Part shown: positions 11,146-21,512 of the stretch, piece by piece
Position numbering within the stretch: the first letter of the stretch is position 1
Layout: every line of letters starts with the position of its first letter
Made by a program: the position numbers and the translations under genes
Notes under the pieces: generated by a model
What the model was told of the DNA's origin: nothing
The model's database searches: none
The model's input: the letters and a program-made list of their open reading frames with translations, nothing else
Origin: a bacterium
GTDB taxonomy: Bacteria > Hinthialibacterota > Hinthialibacteria > Hinthialibacterales > Hinthialibacteraceae
Length of the DNA stretch: 64,000 nt
Assembly: GCA_963662285.2 (NCBI GenBank)
Contig: CAXXMV010000004.1
Span: forward strand, 32,001 to 96,000
Direction of reading: 5' to 3'

Positions 11146-12207
11146 ATGAAAATGAAAAACTGTTTTATTTTTCTGGTAATTGCTGCAATGTTGACAGCAT
11201 GTTCTGGTGGAGAATCGCCGCAGAAATCTGCTGGTGCTTTCAAGGCCATTCTTATAACTGATGTTGGCGGCCTGGGCGATAAAGGCTTCAATGACGCCGG
11301 ATGGGCTGGATGCGAACTGGCTAAGAAACAACTGGCGGAGCAAGGCAATGATATAGAGGTGCAATTTATAGAATCTGAAGAACAGACCGATTATGTATCC
11401 AATCTCAACATGGCTTCCGAACGGGCTGATGTGGTGATTGCCCTGGGCTTTCTGATCTCTGACGCCGTCATAAAAGTCGCTGCGCATAATCCTGATACCA
11501 AGTTCATCTTCATTGATGGAAAAATTAAGGGCGACAATATCGCCAGTTTCGATTTCCGTTCCAACGAAGCGGCTTTCCAGGCTGGCATTCTGGCATCCTA
11601 TGCCTCCAAAAGCGGAGTGGTCGGCGTGATGCCGGGTATGGATATCCCCCCGGTTCTCGCTTTCGCATCCGGTTTCCGCGCTGGCGTCATCACCGGGGGA
11701 GCGTTGCAAAATAAACCTGTTCAAAATTTGTCCGTAACCATTGGCAGTTTCGATGATCCCGTCAAAGCAAAATCCATCGCCTTAAGTTTGATGGATCAAA
11801 AAGCCGACGTTATCCTTCAATTAGCCGGCAACAGCGGACTAGGCGTAATCGAAGCGGTCAAAGAAGCTCCGGGACGCGCCTTCGTCATCGGCGCCGATAT
11901 TGACCAGGATGATCTGGCGCCGGGCAAAATATTGACCAGTATTCTCAAACGCATGGACCTGGTTGTAGCCCAGCAGATATCCAATGCCTATAATGGAACA
12001 TTCAAAAGCGGCGAGTATGACGTCGGTCTCAAAGAGAAGGCGGTCAGCTTGACTGATATGCGGCATACCCGTTCCATGATTCCTAAGGAGGCTTTTGATG
12101 TTACTGCCAAAGCTGAGAAATTGATCAGTACTGGTACGTTGAAAGTCCCCCGCACTTATGCTGAATTGGAAAAATTTGATTTTGATGCTGCTTTGTTAAA
12201 ACCATAA
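11146..12207 (+). CDS. BMP-family nucleoside ABC transporter substrate-binding lipoprotein
   Basis: Lipobox LTAC; GGLGDKGFN, GSFDDP and GADIDQ motifs. Confidence 0.92.
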   Translation: MKMKNCFIFLVIAAMLTACSGGESPQKSAGAFKAILITDVGGLGDKGFNDAGWAGCELAKKQLAEQGNDIEVQFIESEEQTDYVSNLNMASERADVVIALGFLISDAVIKVAAHNPDTKFIFIDGKIKGDNIASFDFRSNEAAFQAGILASYASKSGVVGVMPGMDIPPVLAFASGFRAGVITGGALQNKPVQNLSVTIGSFDDPVKAKSIALSLMDQKADVILQLAGNSGLGVIEAVKEAPGRAFVIGADIDQDDLAPGKILTSILKRMDLVVAQQISNAYNGTFKSGEYDVGLKEKAVSLTDMRHTRSMIPKEAFDVTAKAEKLISTGTLKVPRTYAELEKFDFDAALLKP

Positions 12208-13733
12208 TGAGCGAAGCGACTAATACTGTGTGCGCCCTTAAGGCGCAGGGAATCCATAAGCGTTTTGGTAATATCATTGCCAACCAAGATGTCTCCATCT
12301 CTCTTCAATATGGCAGAGTTCACGCTCTGTTAGGAGAAAACGGCGCCGGAAAATCCACCCTGGCGTCTATCCTCTATGGTCTTTTCACGCCTGACCAGGG
12401 ACAAATTGAGATTGACGGTCAGGCGGTCTGCATCCGGCGGCCTTCTGATGCTATAAGTAATGGGCTTGGTCTTGTCCAACAACATTTCTCTTTGATTCCT
12501 GCATTCACAGTCTTGGATAATATCCTGCTGGGCAATGAAGGCTTGCTGATTGACGCCAGTAAAGCGGAAAGTGATATTAAGAAACAACTGGAATCTTTCG
12601 GCATCGATTTACCCCTGCATCAATCAGTCGATCAACTGCCCGTCGGCGTCCAGCAGCAGGTCGAGATTGCCAAAATCCTCTTTCGCCGGGCGCGGATCAT
12701 GTTGTTTGATGAACCCACCGCCGCCCTGGTCTCCAGTGAAATTGATCGATTCCATGAAACGCTGAACCGCCTGCGCGACAAGAATATCGCTATACTCTTA
12801 ATTACCCACCGCCTGCCCGAAGTCGTCAAAGCAGCGGATGATATTACTGTCTTGCGTAAAGGCAAAGTTGTGTTGCAGGATCAACTGGAAAACACAAACG
12901 CCGACGCCTTAGCCGAGGCCATTGTCGGCGAGCGTTTCCCGGATAAAGAATACGATCTACCCCGACCGGGCGAATGCGTTTTGCAATTAAAAAATATTAG
13001 TTTCTCGAAATCTAAACCGTCCAACGCATCCCCGCATACCTTCGAGGTTCACCAAGGTGAAATGCTTGGCATCGCCGGAATATCCGGCAACGGTCAGGAA
13101 GAACTGATCGATGGTCTCTTGGGCGTTACGAAGGTTTATTCTGGAGAATTTCTATTATCCGGTGAGAATATCAGTAACCTAAATGTTGCGGGTCGAAGAG
13201 CCAAGGGAATGGCATATATCCCACAGGATCGTATTGGCCGGGCGCTGCTGAAGGATCATTCCATATTCGATAATTATCTCTTAAACCGTAATGCTCTTCC
13301 ACGCAACGAGCGATTAATTCCCCAAAGAGAAGCCATTGCTCAGCGGATAGGCTCTTGCATCGAAGAATATAAAATCCAAACCTCATCCTTGCAGCAATTG
13401 GCGGGTCAGCTTTCCGGCGGACATCAACAGCGCCTGGTGGTGTCGCGCGAGTTTCTTTCTAAACCGAAATTAATCATCGCCCACGATCCGACGCGGGGAT
13501 TAGACCTGCGCGCCTCGCGTTTCGTCTATGAACTATTAGTGGAACAATGCCGCAATGGAGCAGCGGTGATCCTATTATCGTCTGAATGGTCTGACCTGTT
13601 CCTATTATGCAAAAGGATCGCCGTCTTATACCGTGGCGAACTAGTCGAAATCCGCGACGCCGACCAATGGACCGTGCGCGAACTGGGACGTCGTATGTCA
13701 GGTATTATCGAACCGGATAATGATAATGAATAA
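12207..13733 (+). CDS. Nucleoside ABC transporter ATP-binding protein with two NBDs
   Basis: GENGAGKS, DEPTA, LSGGHQQR, PTRGLD. Confidence 0.93.
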   Translation: MSEATNTVCALKAQGIHKRFGNIIANQDVSISLQYGRVHALLGENGAGKSTLASILYGLFTPDQGQIEIDGQAVCIRRPSDAISNGLGLVQQHFSLIPAFTVLDNILLGNEGLLIDASKAESDIKKQLESFGIDLPLHQSVDQLPVGVQQQVEIAKILFRRARIMLFDEPTAALVSSEIDRFHETLNRLRDKNIAILLITHRLPEVVKAADDITVLRKGKVVLQDQLENTNADALAEAIVGERFPDKEYDLPRPGECVLQLKNISFSKSKPSNASPHTFEVHQGEMLGIAGISGNGQEELIDGLLGVTKVYSGEFLLSGENISNLNVAGRRAKGMAYIPQDRIGRALLKDHSIFDNYLLNRNALPRNERLIPQREAIAQRIGSCIEEYKIQTSSLQQLAGQLSGGHQQRLVVSREFLSKPKLIIAHDPTRGLDLRASRFVYELLVEQCRNGAAVILLSSEWSDLFLLCKRIAVLYRGELVEIRDADQWTVRELGRRMSGIIEPDNDNE

Positions 13734-13793
13734 AACAAAAATAAGAAATGAAGAGTTTTCCCTTCTCCTTATGATAAGGAGGCGGTTTAGCGA

Positions 13794-14807
13794 ATGAGCA
13801 GTCTACGCATCGTAAGATTATTGTTGGCGGTCTTGTTGTCTTTGATCCTGATTGCGATTTTTCTATGGATCGCTGGTTATTCACCTTGGGGCGTCCTCAA
13901 AATATTGATCTCCAGCACCTGGTCTTCTCCAAATGGAGTGTTGCTGGTCGCCACTAAAACATCACTGCTCATACTCACCGGGCTGGCGGTTGCGTTGCCC
14001 TACCGCGCGGGACTCTTCAACATCGGCGGGGAAGGGCAGATATTCCTGGGAGGCCTGGCCGCCTCGCTTGTGGGGATCATGCCATTGGCAATGCTAGGTC
14101 CATTTCACCTGCTTTTGTGTCTGCTAGTCGGGACGCTATGCGGCGCCTTCTGGGCCTGGATCGCCGCTATATTAAAAACTACCCGCGGCGTTCATGAAGT
14201 CATCTCGACTATCATGCTCAACTACATCGCCTTTCAGATTATCAACGAGCTGACCTTCGGCCCGTTCAACGCCGGAGACGGCGCCAGCCGGACGGACTTC
14301 ATCAATGATTCCGCCTGTATGCCCATTATGTTCTCCAGCGGCGCCTCAGAAGCGTCATGGGGAATCGTGATATCAATTATCGTCGCCATCGCCTTCAGCT
14401 GGATGCTCTATCGAACCTGGTTTGGATTCTCGCTGCGCGCAGTGGGCGGCAATCCCCAGGCCTGTAAATATTCCGGTATATCCACTGGCCGGGTGCTTTG
14501 TTGGTCGATGCTGCTGGGCGGAGGTTGCGCCGGACTCTCTGGAGCGCTCCAGGTCACTGGAGTAGACCACACTTTCTACGCAAGATTCGGCGGCGGCTAT
14601 GGCTTCGACGGCATCGCGGTGGCCTTTCTGGCGTTGTGCGAGCCTTGGGCGACGGTTCCGGCGGCGTTTATCATCGCCACCCTGCGCGCGGCGGATCGTT
14701 CGCTGCAACTCGATGCGGGGATTCCCAAAGAGATGGTGCTGATGCTGGAAGGCATCCTTATTATATGTATCGCCATTTTTATAAGACGAAAAAAAGAACA
14801 TGAATGA
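13794..14807 (+). CDS. Nucleoside ABC transporter permease
   Basis: GLFNIGGEGQ, HEVISTIMLNY, GYGFDGIAVA. Confidence 0.92.
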   Translation: MSSLRIVRLLLAVLLSLILIAIFLWIAGYSPWGVLKILISSTWSSPNGVLLVATKTSLLILTGLAVALPYRAGLFNIGGEGQIFLGGLAASLVGIMPLAMLGPFHLLLCLLVGTLCGAFWAWIAAILKTTRGVHEVISTIMLNYIAFQIINELTFGPFNAGDGASRTDFINDSACMPIMFSSGASEASWGIVISIIVAIAFSWMLYRTWFGFSLRAVGGNPQACKYSGISTGRVLCWSMLLGGGCAGLSGALQVTGVDHTFYARFGGGYGFDGIAVAFLALCEPWATVPAAFIIATLRAADRSLQLDAGIPKEMVLMLEGILIICIAIFIRRKKEHE

Positions 14808-15732
14808 AAACTGGTTAGCCCTCATACTGCTTCACGAACTACCCCTGCTGCTTCATGCCGGATTCCTCAAGGGCGCTCCATTGCTATGGGCGGCTCTAGG
14901 CGGCGCCTATAGCGAACGCTCCGGCGTGGTCAATATCGGGTTGGAAGGCATGATGCTTATCGGCGCCTTCTGCGCCGTAGTAGGTTCCGGCATGGGCGGC
15001 AGCCCCTGGCTCGGTCTGGCGATGGGCGCCCTGTGTGGAGGTCTGGCCGGATTACTGCACGCCTGGATCTGCCTGCATTGGCGCGCCGACCAGATTGTCA
15101 GCGGCATGGGCATAAACCTCATGGCGCTGGGTCTAACCGGGTTCCTGCTCTATCGAGTATTCGGCGCCAGAGGCAACTCTCCCGAAGTAGCCAAACTGCC
15201 GTCATTGCAAAACGTGGATTGGGCGCCGCAATGGCTCTCCTCATTGTTATTTCCACTATCGATCATGCATTTCGCATTGATCATCATCGTACTGCTATCA
15301 ATGTTCATCTTTTACCGTACGCGCTTCGGGCTGCGCATGAGGGCTTGCGGCGAAGACCCCAAAGTAGTGCAATCGGCGGGAATCAGGGTGGCGCTTTACC
15401 GTTATACCGCAGTAGGCTTCAGCGGAGTACTGGCCGGACTGGGAGGCGTACAGCTGGCCATCTGCGACATCAGCCAGTTCAGCACCGGAATGAGCAATGG
15501 CCGCGGCTTCCTGGCCTTAGCCATCCTGATATGCAGCGGCTGGCGCCCCGGACGCGCCGCCATAATCTGTTTCGCATTCGGAGTAGCGGACGCCCTGGCC
15601 GAAAGACTGCAAGCCCAATTCCCCTCACTCCCAGCCCGCGCCCTACTTGCCTTCCCCTTCATCCTGGCTCTAGTGGTTCTGTCGCTGAGCAAACAGATCA
15701 ATCGGTCACCTAAGGCGCTGGGGCAGGTTTGA
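14800..15732 (+). CDS. Nucleoside ABC transporter permease
   Basis: SERSGVVNIGLEGMML, GLRMRACGEDP, GRGFLALA. Confidence 0.92.
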   Translation: MNENWLALILLHELPLLLHAGFLKGAPLLWAALGGAYSERSGVVNIGLEGMMLIGAFCAVVGSGMGGSPWLGLAMGALCGGLAGLLHAWICLHWRADQIVSGMGINLMALGLTGFLLYRVFGARGNSPEVAKLPSLQNVDWAPQWLSSLLFPLSIMHFALIIIVLLSMFIFYRTRFGLRMRACGEDPKVVQSAGIRVALYRYTAVGFSGVLAGLGGVQLAICDISQFSTGMSNGRGFLALAILICSGWRPGRAAIICFAFGVADALAERLQAQFPSLPARALLAFPFILALVVLSLSKQINRSPKALGQV

Positions 15733-15789
15733 ATCTATCTATCCTACATATACATAAAATAAACTACCAAAGAAAACAAACCACCAAAG

Positions 15790-15820
15790 CGTAGGATGGG
15801 TCATGCCTCACCGACCCATC
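15790..15820 (+). repeat. REP-like palindrome, family A
   Basis: cgtaggatgggtcatgcctcaccgacccatc between convergent genes. Confidence 0.8.
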
Positions 15821-15830
15821 AAAAATCCAC

Positions 15831-16199
15831 CTAAACGCTTGCTTTACTCAACATCTCTTCCACAGCTTGGAGCATATCCATAGGTGAATAAGGCTTGAAA
15901 ATAATCCGGTTCACTCCGTTGCTTTCCGCTTCTGCAATGGTATTTGGTTGAGAGGAAGCCGTAACTAATCCTATAGGGATATCGGGATATTTATCTCTGA
16001 TAAGTGGAACCAGTTCAATCCCGTTAAGACCGGGTAATTGATAATCCAGCAAGAAGACATCGGCATTAATTGACTCCATCTGCTGCAACATCACCTCACC
16101 GTTAGGGAAAGAGTTAACCTGATATCCCTTAAATTCCAGCAAATCCTGAAGGTTCTCGCGCAATTCTATTTCGTCATCAACAATTATTACAGTAGACAT
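15831..16199 (-). CDS. Single-domain response regulator (REC)
   Basis: IIVDDE, LLDYQLPGLNG, FKP. Confidence 0.92.
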   Translation of the reverse strand: MSTVIIVDDEIELRENLQDLLEFKGYQVNSFPNGEVMLQQMESINADVFLLDYQLPGLNGIELVPLIRDKYPDIPIGLVTASSQPNTIAEAESNGVNRIIFKPYSPMDMLQAVEEMLSKASV

Positions 16200-16201
16200 A
16201 A

Positions 16202-19200
16202 TTATTCCCCTTTGGCTGGAAACCGCAAAGTAAACGTTGTTCCACTACCTGGTTCGCTGCTTAATTCTATCATACCATCATGCAATTCGACTAGTTCTTT
16301 GGCTATGGATAGCCCCAGCCCCGAACCTTTAGCGAATTTCTGAGAAGCCGAAGTCCGGTAAAACCGCTCCCAAATCTTCCCGCATTCCTCAGCAGTCATA
16401 CCAATGCCGGAGTCTTTCACTGATAGTTCTATAGTATTGTATTTATGCGACAAACCAACATCGACGGTTCCGTCATTTGGCGTGTATTTTATAGCGTTAG
16501 ATATCAATTCCCCCACTACCCGCTCAATCTTGCTTCCATCAATGTACAGGGTAATCTCATCACCCAGATTAGCGTTGAGGGTGATCTGCTTCTGCTCAGC
16601 GGCGGGTCGGTTTTCGTTGATAATGTTTTCGACAAGCGCCTTGAAAGGGATATCGCTTTTTTCTAATACGATACGCCCGGTTTCTATGCGATTAAGATCA
16701 AGCACATCATTAATCAAGTTAGTAAGCCGATCAACTGATGTAGTAGCGCGGATCATAACCTTCTGCTGTTTCTCATTCAATGCTCCGGCGATGCCCATCA
16801 ACAGGTTATCGAGGCTGCCTTTTATCGCAGTAAGCGGAGTGCGCAGATCATGCGAGGCCTGGGAGACGAATTGGGTTTTCATTTGGTCGAGCTGGACAAG
16901 TTGGGCGTTAACTTCCTGCAATTCGACATTCATATTATTGAGTTGTCTATTTGAGTGTTGCAGGTGAATATGTCGGTTGAGCGCGTATCCTGCGAAAAGG
17001 AGAATCAGGATAGAACCGATTCCCATCATCATGATAACCTTGGGTTCCTGATACCAGGGCAGCATGACTTGGAATTTATGTATGGCGGGCGTCCCGGAAA
17101 TATTCCAATTCAAATCCATAGCCCGCACCTGGAAGATGTGATTGCCCGGTTCTATGTTATCTAATGCGGCGACCGTATCTGTGGTATATTCTGACCACTC
17201 TTGATCATCAATGCGATAAGAATATTGCAGGCGTTCTTTGCGGGTCTGTTTCCATTTGTCGATTCCATCAAAAACAAATTGAGCGTTGCCGTCGGGAGAG
17301 ATGCTGCTGCTGTTTTTACCCTTCGCCATCCATACCTTTGGCGGTGCCGCATCGGCTGAAGGATTAAAGCGGCTGACGCCTTTCTCCGTCCCAACCCAGA
17401 TATCTCCCCGGCTGTCTTCAAACATTTTCCAACACAGGTCAGAGGGTAACCCATCCCGTGAGGTGTAATGAACCCAACTCTTATGTTTATCTGTATCATA
17501 ACAATGAACGCCGTTTTCGGATGCAACCCAAATACGGTTTTGACTATCTTTAATCATGCTGCGGATTGTGCCGAATCCGGTTTTGACAACTCGCCACTTC
17601 TTGCCGTCGTATTCGCAGATTTCATCACGCCCGCCAGACCATATTTTGTTTTTGCCAATATCAAGCAGGTAAAAGCAGCCTGTTCCGGGAAATTCTTCGG
17701 GATCATTAAAACACTTGTGATAAATATTATTCTTATAAACAACAGGCCCATATTGTCTGGCATGACCCAACCAGATATCTCCATTGGAACGTTGAACCAG
17801 GCTTCGTATATTGCTGTATTCAAGCGACTCCATGAATGGATTTAAATCTAATATTTCCTTAAATGATGAGCCGTCATAGTATTCAAGATAGTCGTTATCA
17901 TCTTGAATACTATGAATCCAGGCGCCTGCGCCTTCATTATATTGCAAAGAATAAAAAGAACGATTTTCAGGATGTATTAATGGTGTAAATGTTTTTTTGA
18001 TTGGATCAAATATCTGAATAGAAGAACTGGCGTTAAGAATTGATGCTGCAACTTTATTCTCGGGGAGAATATCTATACCATTAGTAAAAGATGACATTGC
18101 CTGCATCCCTTGCTCGAGAGGGAAAATTTCACTTTCACCATTTTTGTAGTGAACAAGTTGGTTAAAACTTAAAAACCAAAGTGATTTATCCTCATCTTCC
18201 AATATCTTGGTTGGCATATCTCCGAAAAAAGGTATCGAGTCAGGTGTTGACCAAAGCGAAGGAGAGTAATGAGCCAGTCCCCTATTAGAAGCCATGAAAA
18301 TGGAGTTATCATTCTCAAATGTTATATCTAAGGTTTCAAAGGGGAGCGCTTCATGTTCTACTGTAACGCTTTCGACATCGTAGCTGAGACATAAGCGATT
18401 GTTGGTATCCAGCCATCTAAATACTACATTTGACAGTTGTGCAGTACTTTCACGAATTTCCCATTTATCTCCAGTTAGAATAGCTATACCAGTCTTTCTT
18501 GTTCGACGATTGCTTATACCTGCGAATAAGACGCCGTCGTCGCGTTCGATGAAATGAAAGGGGTATTTGTAATTAGCGTTCTCAGGCAGGGGATATTCAG
18601 TCCAATTCCATTCAAGTCCTGATTTGGTTTTTTGGTAATGTCCTTTTATGGCTCCATTTATGTATTCGATCCATATTCCTCCATCTTTAGCAATGTATGC
18701 ATTCCCAATATTCGATTTGGAACTGAATATTGGCATCGCATTGTCTGACTTAATAGATTCTTCAGCTAGCGTCGTTTGCGTGGCGCTTAATATGGTTTCA
18801 AGAACCATATTTGAGGGATGAAATGCGTATACTTTATCAAAATATGGAATAATTACATTGTCAGGATCAATAACTTTGTATTGGGCAAATGATAAATATC
18901 CCATACCATTTACTTGGATATCGAGATTCTGAGAATTTATCAGTTCTTCAAAAAATGGTATGGGGAATTTTTCCCACTGGTTGGTTGTGATATTAAATCT
19001 TTGCAAGCCGAGAAAATGCTCATTTTTATTGGTAAGGTCTGACCAGTAGTTGCCATCGGAATCTTGTTGGATATAGGGATGAATATGCGGCGCCGGGAAT
19101 TTCTTGACGTTGTAGCCGTCCAGTACGCAGAAATGGGGGACGCTGCCGCTGCTGACGATGATTTCATCATTCAAGCCTTGGGCTACGAAGAAAGTCATAG

Positions 19201-19357
19201 TTTCGCCCAGACCGTCGCTGGAGTTCCAGAAGCGGAAATCATGTTCTTCAAAAGCATTGAGGCTGCATGGCGCTAAAAGAGTTAAAAATGAAGTTAATAG
19301 AAAGAATCGGCGCAATCTGGCGGCATGGCGTTTCATGGGCATCCTCACAAAAAACAT
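16202..19357 (-). CDS. Sensor histidine kinase with beta-propeller/Ig periplasmic sensor
   Basis: Signal peptide, DGLPSD repeats, FQVRAMD, TM, SHDLRTPL H-box, NAIKY, GSGLGL. Confidence 0.92.
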   Translation of the reverse strand: MFFVRMPMKRHAARLRRFFLLTSFLTLLAPCSLNAFEEHDFRFWNSSDGLGETMTFFVAQGLNDEIIVSSGSVPHFCVLDGYNVKKFPAPHIHPYIQQDSDGNYWSDLTNKNEHFLGLQRFNITTNQWEKFPIPFFEELINSQNLDIQVNGMGYLSFAQYKVIDPDNVIIPYFDKVYAFHPSNMVLETILSATQTTLAEESIKSDNAMPIFSSKSNIGNAYIAKDGGIWIEYINGAIKGHYQKTKSGLEWNWTEYPLPENANYKYPFHFIERDDGVLFAGISNRRTRKTGIAILTGDKWEIRESTAQLSNVVFRWLDTNNRLCLSYDVESVTVEHEALPFETLDITFENDNSIFMASNRGLAHYSPSLWSTPDSIPFFGDMPTKILEDEDKSLWFLSFNQLVHYKNGESEIFPLEQGMQAMSSFTNGIDILPENKVAASILNASSSIQIFDPIKKTFTPLIHPENRSFYSLQYNEGAGAWIHSIQDDNDYLEYYDGSSFKEILDLNPFMESLEYSNIRSLVQRSNGDIWLGHARQYGPVVYKNNIYHKCFNDPEEFPGTGCFYLLDIGKNKIWSGGRDEICEYDGKKWRVVKTGFGTIRSMIKDSQNRIWVASENGVHCYDTDKHKSWVHYTSRDGLPSDLCWKMFEDSRGDIWVGTEKGVSRFNPSADAAPPKVWMAKGKNSSSISPDGNAQFVFDGIDKWKQTRKERLQYSYRIDDQEWSEYTTDTVAALDNIEPGNHIFQVRAMDLNWNISGTPAIHKFQVMLPWYQEPKVIMMMGIGSILILLFAGYALNRHIHLQHSNRQLNNMNVELQEVNAQLVQLDQMKTQFVSQASHDLRTPLTAIKGSLDNLLMGIAGALNEKQQKVMIRATTSVDRLTNLINDVLDLNRIETGRIVLEKSDIPFKALVENIINENRPAAEQKQITLNANLGDEITLYIDGSKIERVVGELISNAIKYTPNDGTVDVGLSHKYNTIELSVKDSGIGMTAEECGKIWERFYRTSASQKFAKGSGLGLSIAKELVELHDGMIELSSEPGSGTTFTLRFPAKGE

Positions 19358-19500
19358 AGATGCCTTGATAATCTCAAAAAAATGATAAAAAGTCTACTTA
19401 GGATTAACTCTTAAAATAACAGACAATTATATTCATTCTCAAAAGTATGCCCCTGGATTATCATTTTTCTCCTCTTGCTAGATAAACAAAAGTTCACTAT

Positions 19501-19517
19501 TTGGCATAGTACTTGCG
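19501..19517 (+). promoter_or_regulatory. Candidate sigma-54 (-24/-12) promoter
   Basis: TTGGCATAGTACTTGCG has GG-N10-GC spacing, close to the TGGCAC-N5-TTGC consensus; oriented toward 20049. Confidence 0.45.
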
Positions 19518-19536
19518 AAAATACGTAGCAAACAAT

Positions 19537-19658
19537 TAAAGCGATTATCAAAATTATGTTCGTTTATTATCACCTTTGGTCTTCTAGTCTTCGAAAAAGC
19601 CAATCTTTTCTGGCTTTTTAGAGTCGCCAATCAGAACATTATTATGAAAACTACTCTA
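19537..19658 (+). mobile_element. MITE-like repeat (122 bp, includes an 8-bp internal duplication)
   Basis: Near-identical to the reverse complement of 57796-57909; TA at both ends; imperfect terminal inverted repeats. Confidence 0.7.
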
Positions 19659-19726
19659 GTAATACAAAAATACTGCGATCAAACATCCCTCTCCCAAGAT
19701 TGAGAGAGGTTAGGAGAGGGTTGATA
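19657..19726 (-). repeat. REP-like family C (CCCTCTCCC...GGGAGAGG) with conserved flank
   Basis: About 70 bp nearly identical to 23188-23256. Core also at 21443, 25489, 28608, 30982, 40450, 43696, 49148 (doublet) and 50298. Confidence 0.8.
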
Positions 19727-20048
19727 ACGACTTCTTTCGAAAAGAAATTACCAACAATATGGTATTTATTTACTGTAACAAAATCCCATAAAACCGGAGC
19801 ATCTCAAGAGCGGCTTGCTCATCAAAAGGTAAATATGAACTAAATTACTATAAATCAGATGTTTAATGTGCTTTTTTGAAATCATAAATTCCGGAATAAT
19901 ATAAAATACGGCTTGAACCTACTGATCAGACATAAGATTATTGAATTAAAATCAAAAAAACTTTGTATTTATCAATATATCAGTTGAAATTAACGATAAT
20001 ATATGTTAAAAAAGTATCTATCTAACATTCTAACCTTGGGAGGTTCGC

Positions 20049-21317
20049 ATGAAAAAGTGTTTTAGAGTACTCAGTATTGGGATGTTATGCATCCTGACGG
20101 CATCAACATCATTTGCTCAGATTGGTATTTTTGAAGCGAATGTGGATGTTGATAATGGAAGTTTAGGCGCCGCAGGAAGCGCATCCTACGATCCCGCTAC
20201 GGATATGTATACAATAACCGGCAGCGGTCAGGATACATGGTCTGACGTTGGCAGCAATTTCCACTTTGTTTACCGTGAATGGACCGGAGATTTCGATTTC
20301 CGAGCTGATGTCACTGTAAGCGGCGGTTTGGAGACGCAAGACTGGATTAAATCCATGCTCATGTGCGCTGAAAGTACAGATGGTTGGTCGAACTATATCA
20401 CAACTAGAGTACGTCGTGACGGTCAATACAGTACTCAATGGCGCACTGGCGGCGAAGCTTCTGATGGCAGCACTGCTAGCGGCTTGCGCGTATCTGGACT
20501 GAATCCAGCCCGTCAACGTCTGGTTCGAATCGGCGATACCTTCTCTACCTATTATATGGGCGAAAATGGTGAGTGGGCGCTAATCGATTCAAATGTAGCA
20601 GTGCTATCTGAGACTGTTCTGGTTGGTATGGGCGTTTGCTCTCATGATTTAGGGGAACTAGCCACAGGAACATTCTCTAAAGTTGCTCTGGGCGCTCCTG
20701 TAGACGGTCTCTTCGACCTGACTATTGATGTCGATAATGGCTCGCTTGGCGCCGAAGGCAGCGTTGCCTATGACGCTGGAACTTACACAATTGAAGGCAG
20801 CGGCCAGGATACATGGTCTGACGTTGGCAGTAATTTCCGTTTTGTCTATAAAGAACTCAGTGGTAATTTCGAACTAACAGCCGATGTTGCAGTTGCAGGC
20901 GGTCTGGAAACGCAAGACTGGATTAAATCCATGCTTATGTGCGCTGAAGGATTAGATGGATGGGCGAACTATATCACAACTAGAGTACGTCGTGACGGTC
21001 AATACAGTACTCAATGGCGCACTGGCGGTCAAGCTTCTGATGGCAGCACGGCTAGTGGTCTACGCGTATCTGGTCTGAATCCAGCCCGTCAACGCCTGAC
21101 CCGCAGCGGTGATACTTTCACCACTTCCTATCTGGATGCTAATGGTGACTGGCAAGTACTCGACATTAATGAAGCCCCATTGCATGATCCTGTATTCGTG
21201 GGATTAGGCGTCTGCTCTCATGATTTAGGCGAACTTGCGGTCGGTACCTTTAGCAATATCGAACTGACTATGTCTGGACCTACTTCAGTAGTTGATAACT
21301 GGGAATTAATGCGGTAA
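20049..21317 (+). CDS. Secreted protein with two tandem concanavalin-like (DUF1349-like) beta-sandwich domains and a C-terminal VxxWxxL motif
   Basis: RBS gggagg; signal peptide ending SFA|Q; two 192-aa repeats (GSGQDTWSD...VGxGVCSH); ends TSVVDNWELMR. Confidence 0.8.
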   Translation: MKKCFRVLSIGMLCILTASTSFAQIGIFEANVDVDNGSLGAAGSASYDPATDMYTITGSGQDTWSDVGSNFHFVYREWTGDFDFRADVTVSGGLETQDWIKSMLMCAESTDGWSNYITTRVRRDGQYSTQWRTGGEASDGSTASGLRVSGLNPARQRLVRIGDTFSTYYMGENGEWALIDSNVAVLSETVLVGMGVCSHDLGELATGTFSKVALGAPVDGLFDLTIDVDNGSLGAEGSVAYDAGTYTIEGSGQDTWSDVGSNFRFVYKELSGNFELTADVAVAGGLETQDWIKSMLMCAEGLDGWANYITTRVRRDGQYSTQWRTGGQASDGSTASGLRVSGLNPARQRLTRSGDTFTTSYLDANGDWQVLDINEAPLHDPVFVGLGVCSHDLGELAVGTFSNIELTMSGPTSVVDNWELMR

Positions 21318-21341
21318 TTACATTATTAATCCAGAATTTAT

Positions 21342-21378
21342 AAAACGGCCCGGGATCTATCCCAGGGCCGTTTTTTTA
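21342..21378 (+). terminator. Rho-independent terminator
   Basis: aaaacggccc...gggccgttttttt. Confidence 0.85.
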
Positions 21379-21512
21379 TCCTGAAAACGGCAGTTAGATA
21401 TTGATGACAATAATAAAGCAAAAATCTTCAGTTTTAGTAAACAACCCCCTCTTGAATTCTTACCCAAACTTGGGGGAGAGGGATTTTGAAGATATAAATA
21501 TTTATATTATTT

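Noticed and set aside
20389-21028. Near-identical pair as DGR template and variable repeats
   Set aside because: Both copies are in-frame domains of one ORF, and the differences are not adenine-specific
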